NCBI GenBank assembly: GCA_041725955.1
Contig: JBGRQE010000001.1
Location: 47,890-111,889 of the forward strand
DNA length: 64,000 nt
Source of the DNA: Bacteroidales bacterium
GTDB lineage: Bacteria > Bacteroidota > Bacteroidia > Bacteroidales > JBGRPZ01
Direction: 5' to 3'
In this document: positions 8,170 through 18,193 of the stretch, piece after piece
Layout: every line of letters begins with the position of its first letter
Position numbering within the stretch: the first letter of the stretch is position 1
Made by a program: the position numbers and the translations under genes
The notes under the pieces: generated by a model
Seen by the model: only the letters and a program-made list of their open reading frames with translations
Databases searched by the model: none
What the model was told of the DNA's origin: nothing

Positions 8170-9798
8170 ATGGAAAGGATTTTTCAGCCTAAGCTTTTTT
8201 CTATTCTCAAGGGAGGATATAGAAAAGAGCAACTTAGCTCCGACATTTTAGCCGGAATTGTTGTTGGTATTGTTGCTTTACCACTTGCTATCGCATTTGC
8301 TATTGCATCGGGAGTTTCGCCCGAGAAGGGATTGATTACAGCTGTTGTTGCTGGATTTTTAATTTCATTGCTTGGAGGAAGCCGCGTTCAGATTGGTGGT
8401 CCCACGGGTGCATATATTGTAATAGTATATGCCATTATTGAAAAATATGGCCTTAATGGATTGATGATTTCTACGATAATGGCAGGAGGCTTACTGCTAT
8501 TATTTGGTTTGTTGAGGTTGGGATCATTGCTTAAGTTTTTTCCTCAACCGCTTATTGTTGGTTTTACTAGTGGTATAGCACTGACTATATTTTCTACTCA
8601 GATAAAGGATGCTACAGGAATGGCTATCGAAAAAGTTCCTTCTGCTTTTCTGGATAAATGGGCAGAATATTTTATGCATTGGAGCAGTATTAGTCCGTGG
8701 GCATTGGGTATTACTTTGGTAAGTATTCTGATTACTATTTATATGGGAAAGATTACCAATAAAATACCAGGATCTTTTGCCGCTATTATAATAATGACAG
8801 TATTGGTAGCTGTATTCGACTTGCCTGTAACAAGTATTGAAACCTTCTTTGGAGAGATTCCTAATGATATACAATTAAGCATGCCTGAATTTCAGTGGAG
8901 CCAGTTGCATAATTATTTTGCACCGGCTTTAACTATTGCGTTGCTCGGGGGAATTGAATCTTTGCTTTCTGCTGTTGTTGCCGATGGTATGATTAGTGGA
9001 AATCATAGATCCAATACAGAGTTGATTGCTCAGGGAATTGCCAATATAATAACTCCGTTTTTTGGAGGTATTCCTGCTACCGGAGCTATTGCCCGTACAG
9101 CAACTAATGTAAAGAATGGTGGTAGAACCCCTATTTCGGGTATTGTTCATGCCATTACTTTGTTGATGATTATGTTGTTTTTTGGAAAGTGGGCTAAGCT
9201 TATCCCGATGTCATGTCTTGCCGGAATTCTGATTGTTGTGAGTTACAATATGAGCGAGTGGAGAAGTTTTATTGGTATTCTTCGGGGTAGTGCCTTTGAT
9301 ATTATAGTTTTGATTGTGACTTTCTTACTGACCGTATTGGTCGATTTAAGCATTGCTATACAGGTTGGTGTTGTACTTTCTGCCTTGCTATTTATGAAAC
9401 GTATGGCTGATATAAGCAAGACATACGACCATCGTTTAGATTCAGATATTATTGAAGATTATTCGCATTTGCCTAAGCATATAAAGATTTTTGAGATTAG
9501 TGGCCCTTTCTTTTTTGGCTCTGCCAAGCAGTATGGTCAGGTAATTAAAGCCACAGGAATGAAATCGAAGGTATTGATTATTCGTATGCGTCATGTTCCA
9601 TTTATTGATGCTACAGGTTTACAGAATTTTGGATCTGCTATTAAGATATTGAAACAAGCAGGAATTCAGGTTTTGTTATCAGGAGTAAATACTGAAGTTC
9701 GTAAAGAAATAGATCGTAGTTCACTGCTAAATTTAGTAGGGAATAACAATATTTATAGTTCCTTTGGCGACGCTGTAAAAGCAGTTAAATGTGATTAA
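8170..9798 (+). CDS. SulP family inorganic anion transporter with C-terminal STAS domain
   Basis: 542 aa. Multi-TM SulP core (AGIVVGIVALPLAIAFAIASGV...) followed by a STAS-like tail (KVLIIRMRHVPFIDATGL). Confidence 0.88.
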   Translation: MERIFQPKLFSILKGGYRKEQLSSDILAGIVVGIVALPLAIAFAIASGVSPEKGLITAVVAGFLISLLGGSRVQIGGPTGAYIVIVYAIIEKYGLNGLMISTIMAGGLLLLFGLLRLGSLLKFFPQPLIVGFTSGIALTIFSTQIKDATGMAIEKVPSAFLDKWAEYFMHWSSISPWALGITLVSILITIYMGKITNKIPGSFAAIIIMTVLVAVFDLPVTSIETFFGEIPNDIQLSMPEFQWSQLHNYFAPALTIALLGGIESLLSAVVADGMISGNHRSNTELIAQGIANIITPFFGGIPATGAIARTATNVKNGGRTPISGIVHAITLLMIMLFFGKWAKLIPMSCLAGILIVVSYNMSEWRSFIGILRGSAFDIIVLIVTFLLTVLVDLSIAIQVGVVLSALLFMKRMADISKTYDHRLDSDIIEDYSHLPKHIKIFEISGPFFFGSAKQYGQVIKATGMKSKVLIIRMRHVPFIDATGLQNFGSAIKILKQAGIQVLLSGVNTEVRKEIDRSSLLNLVGNNNIYSSFGDAVKAVKCD

Positions 9799-9826
9799 AA
9801 GAGTTGGTTGTGAAAACTTATAAATA

Positions 9827-9868
9827 AAACCAGACCATTCAATAGCTGAATGGTCTGGTTTTATTTTG
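9827..9868 (+). terminator. rho-independent terminator after the sulP-like gene
   Basis: AAACCAGACCATTC-AATAGCT-GAATGGTCTGGTTT followed by a T-rich run. Confidence 0.75.
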
Positions 9869-10225
9869 TATGCTATTATTTCCTTGACTATACCTGGTTA
9901 AGTGCAGGTGTTTGGTTCGATAATTATTTCCTTAAAAAACTTAAGGAACTCCTCAAATTCTTCCTTTTTTTTATAAGTGAAATTGAATTTCTATGTGATT
10001 CCATAATATATTCACGTATTTTTGGAAAAGCTATGAAGTTGGGTTTTGTTATATGCATGGCATATGGACATGTTATTTTCCTATAAAACGTATTAGAGAA
10101 TAAAAGCAAACGACTTATTACAAACACTATTGACTCATTAGCTCTAGTTAAAAAAAATGAGCTGGCTTATGAACAGAATGTGATTGACCAAAATAAGTTG
10201 TCAGAATTATTTTAATAAGTGATAT

Positions 10226-12541
10226 ATGTATTTCAATAAAATTATTGGGTGTTTGTTGCTATTTTGTATAGTGATTAGTAGCTATGGAGAAAACTATTCT
10301 ATTTCAGGGATTGTAACAGATAATAAAAAAATGCCTGTTCCAGGATGTTCTGTTATTATGAGGTCAAAGATTGATTCATTATATTTTAAAGGAACAATTA
10401 GTGATTCTAATGGTGTTTTTAAGATTGTAGATTTACCTTCAGGGGATTATTTTTTGAAAATATCATTCTTGGGTTACTCTTCTTATATAAGAGATATTAA
10501 GTTGGATAAGAATAATGATTTGGGGAAAATTATTCTTCAGGAGAAACAACTTAATTTGGATGAAGTTGAAATTTCGGCAAGTATGGTAGAAAGGTTTTCC
10601 GATCGGAAAGAATATAAATTGACAAATATTGAGAAAGATTCATATAGTAGTGCTTTGAACGCTTTGGAAGTTTTGCCAAAGATTCAGATTCTGGATCAGA
10701 AAATTTCTACTTATGATGGAAAAGCTGTTAAAGTTCTGATTAATGGCATTCCATCAAGTTCCAGAGATTTGTCTGTTATTTCTCCTTCCAATATTTTGAA
10801 GATAGAATATTATACCAATCCGCCATTGCAGTTTTCCAATCTTGGGTTAGGTTCAGTGGTAAATGTTATAACAAAGCAGAACCAAAGAGGAGGTGTTGTC
10901 GGTTTTAATACTCAGAATGCCTTAACTACTGGATTCGGTAATAATGTTATTGATTTAAAATACAATTTTGGAAAATCTCAAATAGGTGTGCTTTATAGTA
11001 TTGGCTATCGAAGTTATACTAAACGAATATTAAATGAATCCATAGAGTATCTGAATTCGGAAAAGTTATATAGAAAGAACAAGATAGGTAAAAATAGTCC
11101 TTATAGTTATGAAGATCAGTTGGTAGAGTTGAATTATAATAATGTGAAGCTAAATGATTACACCTTTAGTACAAAGGTTTCATTAAAGTCCTTGAATAGG
11201 AGAAGATCTTCATTACAAGATGTTGTTTTGCTTTCAGGGAATAATAAATTGTTGAAAACTGCTGAAAGTGATGATAAGGATAATTATTTACGTCCTGTTG
11301 TTGATATATATTTTCACAAAGCAATGGGTGCTAAACAGAATATAAGTCTGAATGTTGTAGGTACTTATTACAATTCAAATTATGATTATAGATATACTGA
11401 GTTTTCTGGTGGTGTGCAAAATTTTAATACATCAACAGATATTGGTATAGATAAATATTCAGTGATTGGAGACGCAATGTATGGTTATAGACTTAAGAAT
11501 ACACAACTTTTTTATGGTTTGAGGTATATTTATAATAAGAGTCTTCAGCAAAATACATCTGGCCATGGTAAAATTGAAACCAATGAGATTTATACATTTT
11601 GTGGTTTGAAAGGGGAGATGAGTAAAAAGTTAAACTATAATATTAGCCTAGGATTTGATGAAAATATTTCTACAAAAATAGAGGGGAGTAAATATCAGTT
11701 TTTATATTTCAGGCCTTCCGTTCAGTTAAGTTATTTCTTAAATAAAATGTCTGAACTGTCATTTGTTTATGAGGTTAACACAGAAACACCTTCAATAGCT
11801 AATCTTACAAATAATCCATACTATAAGGATGAGAATTATTTATTTACAGGGAATCCCAATCTAAAACCCAGTAATTATCATAATCTTTCTTTGTCTTATT
11901 TCAGAGGATTTAAGAGTTTTGTTATAAATGCAAAGACCAGTTATGGATATGGTAAGGATGCCATTTTACCAGTTTTCGAAAAAAGCTCTAATTCTACGAT
12001 TGTAGAATCATTCCAAAATCTTGATTGTTCTCAGAATCTTAAAGCGAGTGTGTTTTTTCAATGGTTTCCATGGAAGAATTTTGTTCGTTTTAGGCTATAC
12101 AACGAATTGTCTTGCATTCATAATGTTATAGGAGAAAAAGAATGGGATTATACAGATTTCTATGTTGTTCCTTCTGTTTTTCTTTCATATAAAAGATGGG
12201 GACTCCAGTTTTTTTATCAATCAGAAAGGAAAGTTCTTTTTGGACAGCAGCAGATTATAAAACCAAGTATGGCTTTGTGCGAGCTTTCGTATAAACCGGT
12301 AAAAAACTTATCGGTCGCAGCTGCTATTCGTTATCCATTTTATAAAGCATGGAAACAATCATCAACGATTTTGTCTTCTGATATTATTTCTCGTTTTGAG
12401 TCTGAAAGAATTGTAGATAATGCCAATATGATTTACGTTAATTTGGTTTATAATTTCTCTTATGGTGTGAAAAAGAACCGAATAAAGCGAAGAATGAATA
12501 ATGAAGATAAGGATACAGGTATTTTAAATAGAAGCAACTAG
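10226..12541 (+). CDS. outer-membrane beta-barrel family protein with N-terminal CarboxypepD_reg-like domain (TonB-dependent-receptor-like)
   Basis: 771 aa. Signal peptide. Carboxypeptidase-regulatory-like domain (ISGIVTDNKKMPVPGCSVIM...GDYFLKISFLGY). Plug-like segment (VLINGIPS...ILKIEYYTNPP...VVNVITKQ). Long barrel with alternating aromatic strands. Confidence 0.75.
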   Translation: MYFNKIIGCLLLFCIVISSYGENYSISGIVTDNKKMPVPGCSVIMRSKIDSLYFKGTISDSNGVFKIVDLPSGDYFLKISFLGYSSYIRDIKLDKNNDLGKIILQEKQLNLDEVEISASMVERFSDRKEYKLTNIEKDSYSSALNALEVLPKIQILDQKISTYDGKAVKVLINGIPSSSRDLSVISPSNILKIEYYTNPPLQFSNLGLGSVVNVITKQNQRGGVVGFNTQNALTTGFGNNVIDLKYNFGKSQIGVLYSIGYRSYTKRILNESIEYLNSEKLYRKNKIGKNSPYSYEDQLVELNYNNVKLNDYTFSTKVSLKSLNRRRSSLQDVVLLSGNNKLLKTAESDDKDNYLRPVVDIYFHKAMGAKQNISLNVVGTYYNSNYDYRYTEFSGGVQNFNTSTDIGIDKYSVIGDAMYGYRLKNTQLFYGLRYIYNKSLQQNTSGHGKIETNEIYTFCGLKGEMSKKLNYNISLGFDENISTKIEGSKYQFLYFRPSVQLSYFLNKMSELSFVYEVNTETPSIANLTNNPYYKDENYLFTGNPNLKPSNYHNLSLSYFRGFKSFVINAKTSYGYGKDAILPVFEKSSNSTIVESFQNLDCSQNLKASVFFQWFPWKNFVRFRLYNELSCIHNVIGEKEWDYTDFYVVPSVFLSYKRWGLQFFYQSERKVLFGQQQIIKPSMALCELSYKPVKNLSVAAAIRYPFYKAWKQSSTILSSDIISRFESERIVDNANMIYVNLVYNFSYGVKKNRIKRRMNNEDKDTGILNRSN

Positions 12542-12778
12542 AATAGTTTTTGGTTCTTAATACAAAGGCAAATAAATTCTATAATAAGTTTATTGTAGTG
12601 TTTAAAAGCTATATTTGTTATTTAGATTTAGTTATTAAATATCGACTGCCATAGAAATTTGCATTTTTTGAGTCAAAGAATATTGCAAAGGAAAAATAAT
12701 TCGATTTATGGCAGTTGTGCATAAACTAAAGCTTGTTGCTTTTAGAAGTGGCAAGCTTTTTAAAAAATTAAGTTTAAA

Positions 12779-13996
12779 ATGAGGATAAATTATATTATTA
12801 GTTGTTCTTTAGTTTTTTTTATTTCCATTATTATTTTTTCTTCCTGTCAGCAAAATAAAGAAAAGTGGCAATCTGAGAATGCAACAAAATATTTAGATCA
12901 AAAAACACTTAGAAAGAAGAGGGTTTTTTCATTTCCAATAGATTCTAATATTGCTTTAGTGAATAGCAATTCTTTTAGAATAATGAATGACAGTATAATG
13001 TTCTTTGGAAATAATGATCAATCAAAGGTATTTTATTACAATATTAAAAATGGGGAATTATTAAATTCATATTATTTTCCTCCAGAGGGGCCTAATGCAT
13101 TAATAAAAGATATGTGTAATTATTTTATACCTTCTTCTATTGATGATGTAATTACGTTTTGCCACAGAAAAGCAGAGCTAGGAGTTTATCAGGATGGACA
13201 ATTGAAGCATAGAATATCTCTTGTTGATACAGCGAATTTTAATAAGAAAGCTCGCCAAGGTAAGAATCCATTTTTTTCGTATCCTGCCAAACCTAGTATA
13301 TTTGATGTCGTTGATTCTTCAGTTTTTGTTACATATTTTCAGTCAAAAGAAACTGAATGTGGAAATATTCCTGCCTTTAGAGTTTTTAAAATTCCAATCA
13401 ATACTCATGATAGTATTAAAGCAATGATTCCGCTGGCACAGAATTATAAAACAGGGTATTATGGACATTCTTTTAATTCCACATTGCCTTGTTTAACTTA
13501 TAATTCAAAAAAGAAAGTTATTTCTTCACACCAACCAGCATCTCATTATATTGAAAATTACAATTTGAATGGAGATTTATTGGAAACTAGTTTTGTAGGA
13601 TCTAAATATTATAGCAACGTAATACCGCCGTTTTCAGATCAATATGAGAAAAACAGAAGAGAGGAAGTAGATCAATATCTTGCTACCCAGTTTCACTTTT
13701 TAGACTTAATTTATGATCAATATCGTAATTTGTATTATCAGTGGTGTAAACTTCCTGTGCCTCTTGATATATTTAAGCAAACGGGCTGGTATACTTATGA
13801 GTGTAGCTTATTGATTCTTGATGAGGATTTAAAAAAAATTGGAGAGGTAGATTTCAAAGGGGGAAATAATTCAAACAACTATAATGTGTGGAATACAATG
13901 ATTTGTCCTGAAGGATTAATTTTAATGAGGAATGATTTGTATGAAAAGAACCCCAATTCTTTCTATTTTGAAGTTTTTGATGTTGTTGAGAAATAA
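12779..13996 (+). CDS. lipoprotein, possibly DUF4221/TolB-like six-bladed propeller family
   Basis: 405 aa. Lipoprotein signal with Cys23 (IIIFSSC). The size and the EGPN motif (PPEGPNALI) recall DUF4221-type Bacteroidota lipoproteins. The family call is from memory only. Confidence 0.4.
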   Translation: MRINYIISCSLVFFISIIIFSSCQQNKEKWQSENATKYLDQKTLRKKRVFSFPIDSNIALVNSNSFRIMNDSIMFFGNNDQSKVFYYNIKNGELLNSYYFPPEGPNALIKDMCNYFIPSSIDDVITFCHRKAELGVYQDGQLKHRISLVDTANFNKKARQGKNPFFSYPAKPSIFDVVDSSVFVTYFQSKETECGNIPAFRVFKIPINTHDSIKAMIPLAQNYKTGYYGHSFNSTLPCLTYNSKKKVISSHQPASHYIENYNLNGDLLETSFVGSKYYSNVIPPFSDQYEKNRREEVDQYLATQFHFLDLIYDQYRNLYYQWCKLPVPLDIFKQTGWYTYECSLLILDEDLKKIGEVDFKGGNNSNNYNVWNTMICPEGLILMRNDLYEKNPNSFYFEVFDVVEK

Positions 13997-14013
13997 TTTT
14001 TGATGGAATTGTA

Positions 14014-15105
14014 ATGGGGATATTTACAAGTATAAAGGGAAAAATAATCTTGGGTTTTGAGTTTTTCTTTGTTTTATTTTTGATTCTAGCATGTAATAAT
14101 AATGAGCATAGAAAAAATAGTCAAGTAATTACAGATACTAAGGATAAAGATATTGCTAAGGTAAAGGTAATGCCTTTGTCTTTAAAAAAATTTCCATCAC
14201 AGACTTTTGTCAATGCTAAATTGATTGCTAAAAATAAAGTTGATTTATGTTTTTCAATGAGTGGTAAGTTGATAACATTGAGGGAAAAAAATGGGAATTG
14301 GGTTAAAAAAGGAGATGTAATAGCTTGTTTAGATCGTGAGCGTTTAGCGTTAGAATTGAGAAGAGCTAAAGATCAATTAGCTTTAGCATATAACCAACTT
14401 ATTTCATTGTCTTTAGGTTTTGAACCTGAGGTAGGTGATACCGCAAAAATTTCACCTAAGGTTTTGGCTAATCTAAAGCTAGAAAGTGGTTACAATAAAG
14501 CACTATTATTATTGAAAGAGAAGGAAATAAATTATAAAAAGTTGAGACTGTGTTCGCCGATAGATGGTCAGGTTGTAATGCTTGAGGCTCACGAGAATCA
14601 ATTGGTTAATGAAAATAAGTTTTTTTGTCGCGTTATTGATAATAGAAATTTTTATGTAAAAGCAGAGTTACTGGAAACAGAGCTGAGAAATTTACATATT
14701 GGTCAAAGTGTACAGGTTAAACCCTTGGCTTATTCTGAAAAAAGTTTCAAAGGTAAGTTAGTAGAAATAAATCCTCAGGTAAGTAACAAAGGGTTGGTAA
14801 ATATAAAAGCTACAGTTGAGAATTCTGAACAGCTTTTACTTGATGGAATGAATGTTGAATTAGTTATTGAGCAGAATACCCCTAATCAAATTGTTGTCCC
14901 TCGAGATGCTATTGTTTTACGTTCGGGGAAACCAGTTGTTTTTACTTATGTCGATGGTAAGGCATACTGGAATTATGTCAAAACGTCTTTAGAGAATGAT
15001 CAATTTGTATGTATTAAGAGTGGTTTGAAAGAAGAAGATTTAGTTATCTATAATAATAATTTTCACTTGAATCATAATAGTCCTGTGGAGGTATTATCAA
15101 ATTAG
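14014..15105 (+). CDS. efflux RND transporter periplasmic adaptor (membrane fusion lipoprotein)
   Basis: 363 aa. Lipobox LILAC (Cys27), lipoyl-like hairpin (GKLITLREKNGNWVKKGDVIACLD ... SPIDGQVVML), and a beta-barrel/MP domain tail. Confidence 0.8.
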   Translation: MGIFTSIKGKIILGFEFFFVLFLILACNNNEHRKNSQVITDTKDKDIAKVKVMPLSLKKFPSQTFVNAKLIAKNKVDLCFSMSGKLITLREKNGNWVKKGDVIACLDRERLALELRRAKDQLALAYNQLISLSLGFEPEVGDTAKISPKVLANLKLESGYNKALLLLKEKEINYKKLRLCSPIDGQVVMLEAHENQLVNENKFFCRVIDNRNFYVKAELLETELRNLHIGQSVQVKPLAYSEKSFKGKLVEINPQVSNKGLVNIKATVENSEQLLLDGMNVELVIEQNTPNQIVVPRDAIVLRSGKPVVFTYVDGKAYWNYVKTSLENDQFVCIKSGLKEEDLVIYNNNFHLNHNSPVEVLSN

Positions 15106-15139
15106 TGTATGGAAATAGCTTATTGTTTTTGAAGGTAAT

Positions 15140-18100
15140 TTGAAGATTGTTATGGTTCGTTTTTTAATTCATAGGCCAATTGCTGTATTTATGGTAGTGT
15201 TGGCTCTTACTTGTTTTGGGGTAGTTGCATGGTTTAAAATTCCTCTGTCTTTGATGCCGAATATTGATATACCTGAAATAGGAGTATATTTTAATTTACC
15301 AGGAAAATCGGCTCCACAAATTGAAAGACAGGTTTTGCAATCCTTACGGAAGTCATTGCAGCAAGTAGACAACATTAATAGTGTTGAAAGCAAAGCAAAA
15401 AATGAAGCAGCTATTGTTAAGCTTCGTTTGTCGTATGATGCAGATGTGCAAAGAGTGTATTTTGAGATCAACGAACAAATTGATCAGATGATGAGTCTTT
15501 TTCCCAAAGATATAACTCGTCCACTGGTAGTGAAAGCAAGTACTAACGATATTCCAACCTTTTATGTTGACGTATTTTCAAAGTCCCGACAGGGTAAATC
15601 TGTTTATTCTTTGTCCGACTTAAGTGTTTTGGCTGAAAAGGTTGTGAAACCTTATTTCGAACAGCTAAAAGAGATCGGATTTGTTGATATAGGAGGGGCT
15701 TCTTTTTCTGAAATTAGAATTCAACTTAAGCAACCCCAATGTGATGTTCTAGGCATAAATGAGACCGATCTATTGTCTATTTTAAGGGAAGAGCATGAGA
15801 TGGCTAGCGATATTCTTTTGCAAGAAGGTATGTTTAAGTATATATTGCACTTTGGGGCTACTTTAAATAGTATTGACCAGATAAAAAAAATGTGGATTTC
15901 TCTCCCCCAGGGGCGTAAATGTCAAATTGGCGATATTGCAGAATTAGAAAAGCATTCTTTACCTCCAAAAGGATTTTATTTTGCAGATAATAATCCAGCT
16001 ATTTTATTAGCTGTTAGTAAGCAAGCTGATGCTCGAATGGAGGATTTATCACAAAATATAGGGGCAACTCTTTCCACTCTTCAGCAATTATACCCAGACT
16101 TACAATTTAGGGTCAATAGAGATCAGAGCACGCTTTTAAAATATTCGATAAGCAGTCTTCTGCAGAGTTTATTATTGGGAATAATACTTTCTTTATTAAT
16201 TTCTTTTGTTTTTATTAAAAGATGGAGAGAGTCTTTGATTATTCTAATTTCTATACCTGTTTCCTTAATTATTGTTTTATTCTGTTTTTACTTTCTCGAC
16301 TTTAGTTTAAATATCTTGTCGTTAAGTGGTTTAATACTTGGCTTGGGAATGATGATTGATAATTCAATTATTGTCGTTGAAAATATTGGACAGTATGTCA
16401 AGAAAGGTATAAACCTAGAAGAATCGTGTGTTGTAGGAAGTGAAGAGATGATTAAGCCTCTGTTGAGTTCAATGCTGACTACTTGCAGTGTTTTCTTTCC
16501 CTTAATCTTTTTAAATGATCTTACAGGGGCAATTTTTTTAGAACAAGCAATTGCTATTGGATTAAGTTTGGCGATTTCTTATTTGTTTTCAATTCTGGTT
16601 CTTCCGGTTTTATATTTTAATTTTTATAAAGGTAAAAACAATTTCCTTTCTGCATATTGTTCTAAAAGCCAAGAGGACTCAAGGCTTGATAAGATTTATT
16701 TTTTGAGTGTAAAGAAATTATTTTGTTTTCCACGTTTAGCAATATTGGGTTTTATATCGCTAATTTTTATAGGAATCTTTTTGTTTTTCTTTGTTCCTCG
16801 TTCCGGATTACCAGAATTCCGAGATAAGGATGTTGTTGTGAAAATAAAATGGAATCAGTCAATATCTCTTCAGGAGAATCAAAAACGAGTAAAGAATTTG
16901 TTTAATGCTATTCCTGATTTAAATATTCGATGGCATATACAGTGTGGTGAATCAGGCCTTAAATTTCAGAAAAAATTATTTCATGAAGCAGAGTATTGTA
17001 GTGTTTATGTTGATACTCATTCATTTGATGAATTAGGCGTTTTTTCAAATGAATTTACTAAACAAATGAAAAAGGCTTATCCTGAAGCATCATTAGACTT
17101 TTCCAGACCTAAGAGAAGCTTTGAACAAATATTTGCTCAAAGTAAAGATTTCTTAACTTTTCGATTTTATCCTAATCCTAAAGACAAAATGCATATTGGA
17201 AAAGAAGATTATGTAAAAGGGGTTTTAGATTCATTGTCTTTATTGAAAACAAACTATAAGCTTGAAAGGAAACCATGTCTTCATTTGGTAATAAACCGAA
17301 AAAAACTATTATTATACGATATTTCTTATAATAAAATGTTAGAGATTCTGGAGAGGAATATTGGTTGTACTTATGATATGATTATTCCTTCGGAAGGAAA
17401 TTATATGCCATTGCGTATTAAAAAAGAGTCAGAGTATTTTTTTGAATCTTTTAATAATCTGAAGGTTTCGAATGCTACCGGAGAGTTGTTTTCTATAAAA
17501 GAATTTATTAAAACGAGCTATAAAGAAGATCAAAAACAAGTTTGTGGCGATATTCGAGGGGTTTATTATGATTTTCCCTTAAATGATTCTAAGGTTGAAG
17601 AAGTGCAAGAAAAAGTTACTACCTTGAAAAAAAATCGTCCCAGGTGGACCTGTTTACTAACAGGAAGCTATTATGATGATCAGGAAATGTTTGAACAGTT
17701 TAGCTTAATACTATTACTGGGGGTTTTTATTCTTTACTTTATCTTAGCTGCTCAATTTGAATCTTTTCTTCAACCATTAATAGTCTTAATTGAAATTTTC
17801 TTTGATTTGTGCGCTATATTTATGCTACTAATCATTTCTGGTCAGAGTTTAAATCTGATGTCTGGGATAGGTATTGTAGTTGTTAGTGGAATAATAATTA
17901 ATGATTCCATACTAAAAATGGACACAATGAATCGTTTGCGAAGAAAGGGAGTTTCTGTTGAGCAGGCGATTCATATTGCAGGGAAGCTTCGGTTACGTCC
18001 AATTTTAATGACAAGTTTGACAACTATTCTTGCACTAATTCCATTGTTTTTTTCAAGTGGATTGGGTGCAGATTTACAAAAGCCTATGGCAATAGTTATT

Positions 18101-18193
18101 GTTGGGGGTATGTTGTTAGGAACTTTAATTAGTCTGTATTTTATTCCTCTTGCCTATTTTCTGATCTATTCTTCAAAAAACAAGAGGATATGA
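15140..18193 (+). CDS. RND efflux permease, AcrB/AcrD/AcrF superfamily (subunit 1)
   Basis: 1017 aa with 12-TM/two-large-loop architecture. TM4-like motif GLGMMIDNSIIVVENI. The track start is TTG at 15140; the first ATG is at 15152. Confidence 0.88.
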   Translation: MKIVMVRFLIHRPIAVFMVVLALTCFGVVAWFKIPLSLMPNIDIPEIGVYFNLPGKSAPQIERQVLQSLRKSLQQVDNINSVESKAKNEAAIVKLRLSYDADVQRVYFEINEQIDQMMSLFPKDITRPLVVKASTNDIPTFYVDVFSKSRQGKSVYSLSDLSVLAEKVVKPYFEQLKEIGFVDIGGASFSEIRIQLKQPQCDVLGINETDLLSILREEHEMASDILLQEGMFKYILHFGATLNSIDQIKKMWISLPQGRKCQIGDIAELEKHSLPPKGFYFADNNPAILLAVSKQADARMEDLSQNIGATLSTLQQLYPDLQFRVNRDQSTLLKYSISSLLQSLLLGIILSLLISFVFIKRWRESLIILISIPVSLIIVLFCFYFLDFSLNILSLSGLILGLGMMIDNSIIVVENIGQYVKKGINLEESCVVGSEEMIKPLLSSMLTTCSVFFPLIFLNDLTGAIFLEQAIAIGLSLAISYLFSILVLPVLYFNFYKGKNNFLSAYCSKSQEDSRLDKIYFLSVKKLFCFPRLAILGFISLIFIGIFLFFFVPRSGLPEFRDKDVVVKIKWNQSISLQENQKRVKNLFNAIPDLNIRWHIQCGESGLKFQKKLFHEAEYCSVYVDTHSFDELGVFSNEFTKQMKKAYPEASLDFSRPKRSFEQIFAQSKDFLTFRFYPNPKDKMHIGKEDYVKGVLDSLSLLKTNYKLERKPCLHLVINRKKLLLYDISYNKMLEILERNIGCTYDMIIPSEGNYMPLRIKKESEYFFESFNNLKVSNATGELFSIKEFIKTSYKEDQKQVCGDIRGVYYDFPLNDSKVEEVQEKVTTLKKNRPRWTCLLTGSYYDDQEMFEQFSLILLLGVFILYFILAAQFESFLQPLIVLIEIFFDLCAIFMLLIISGQSLNLMSGIGIVVVSGIIINDSILKMDTMNRLRRKGVSVEQAIHIAGKLRLRPILMTSLTTILALIPLFFSSGLGADLQKPMAIVIVGGMLLGTLISLYFIPLAYFLIYSSKNKRI

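Noticed and set aside
10115-12715. Short inverted repeats (GACTTATTACAA/TTTTAATAAGTG at 10115/10206; ACTGCCATA/TATGGCAGT at 12645/12707) as invertible-promoter boundaries
   Set aside because: The arms are only 9-12 bp and enclose 50-90 bp. That is much smaller than known Bacteroidota invertons and is easily produced by chance in AT-rich DNA. No recombinase gene is nearby.
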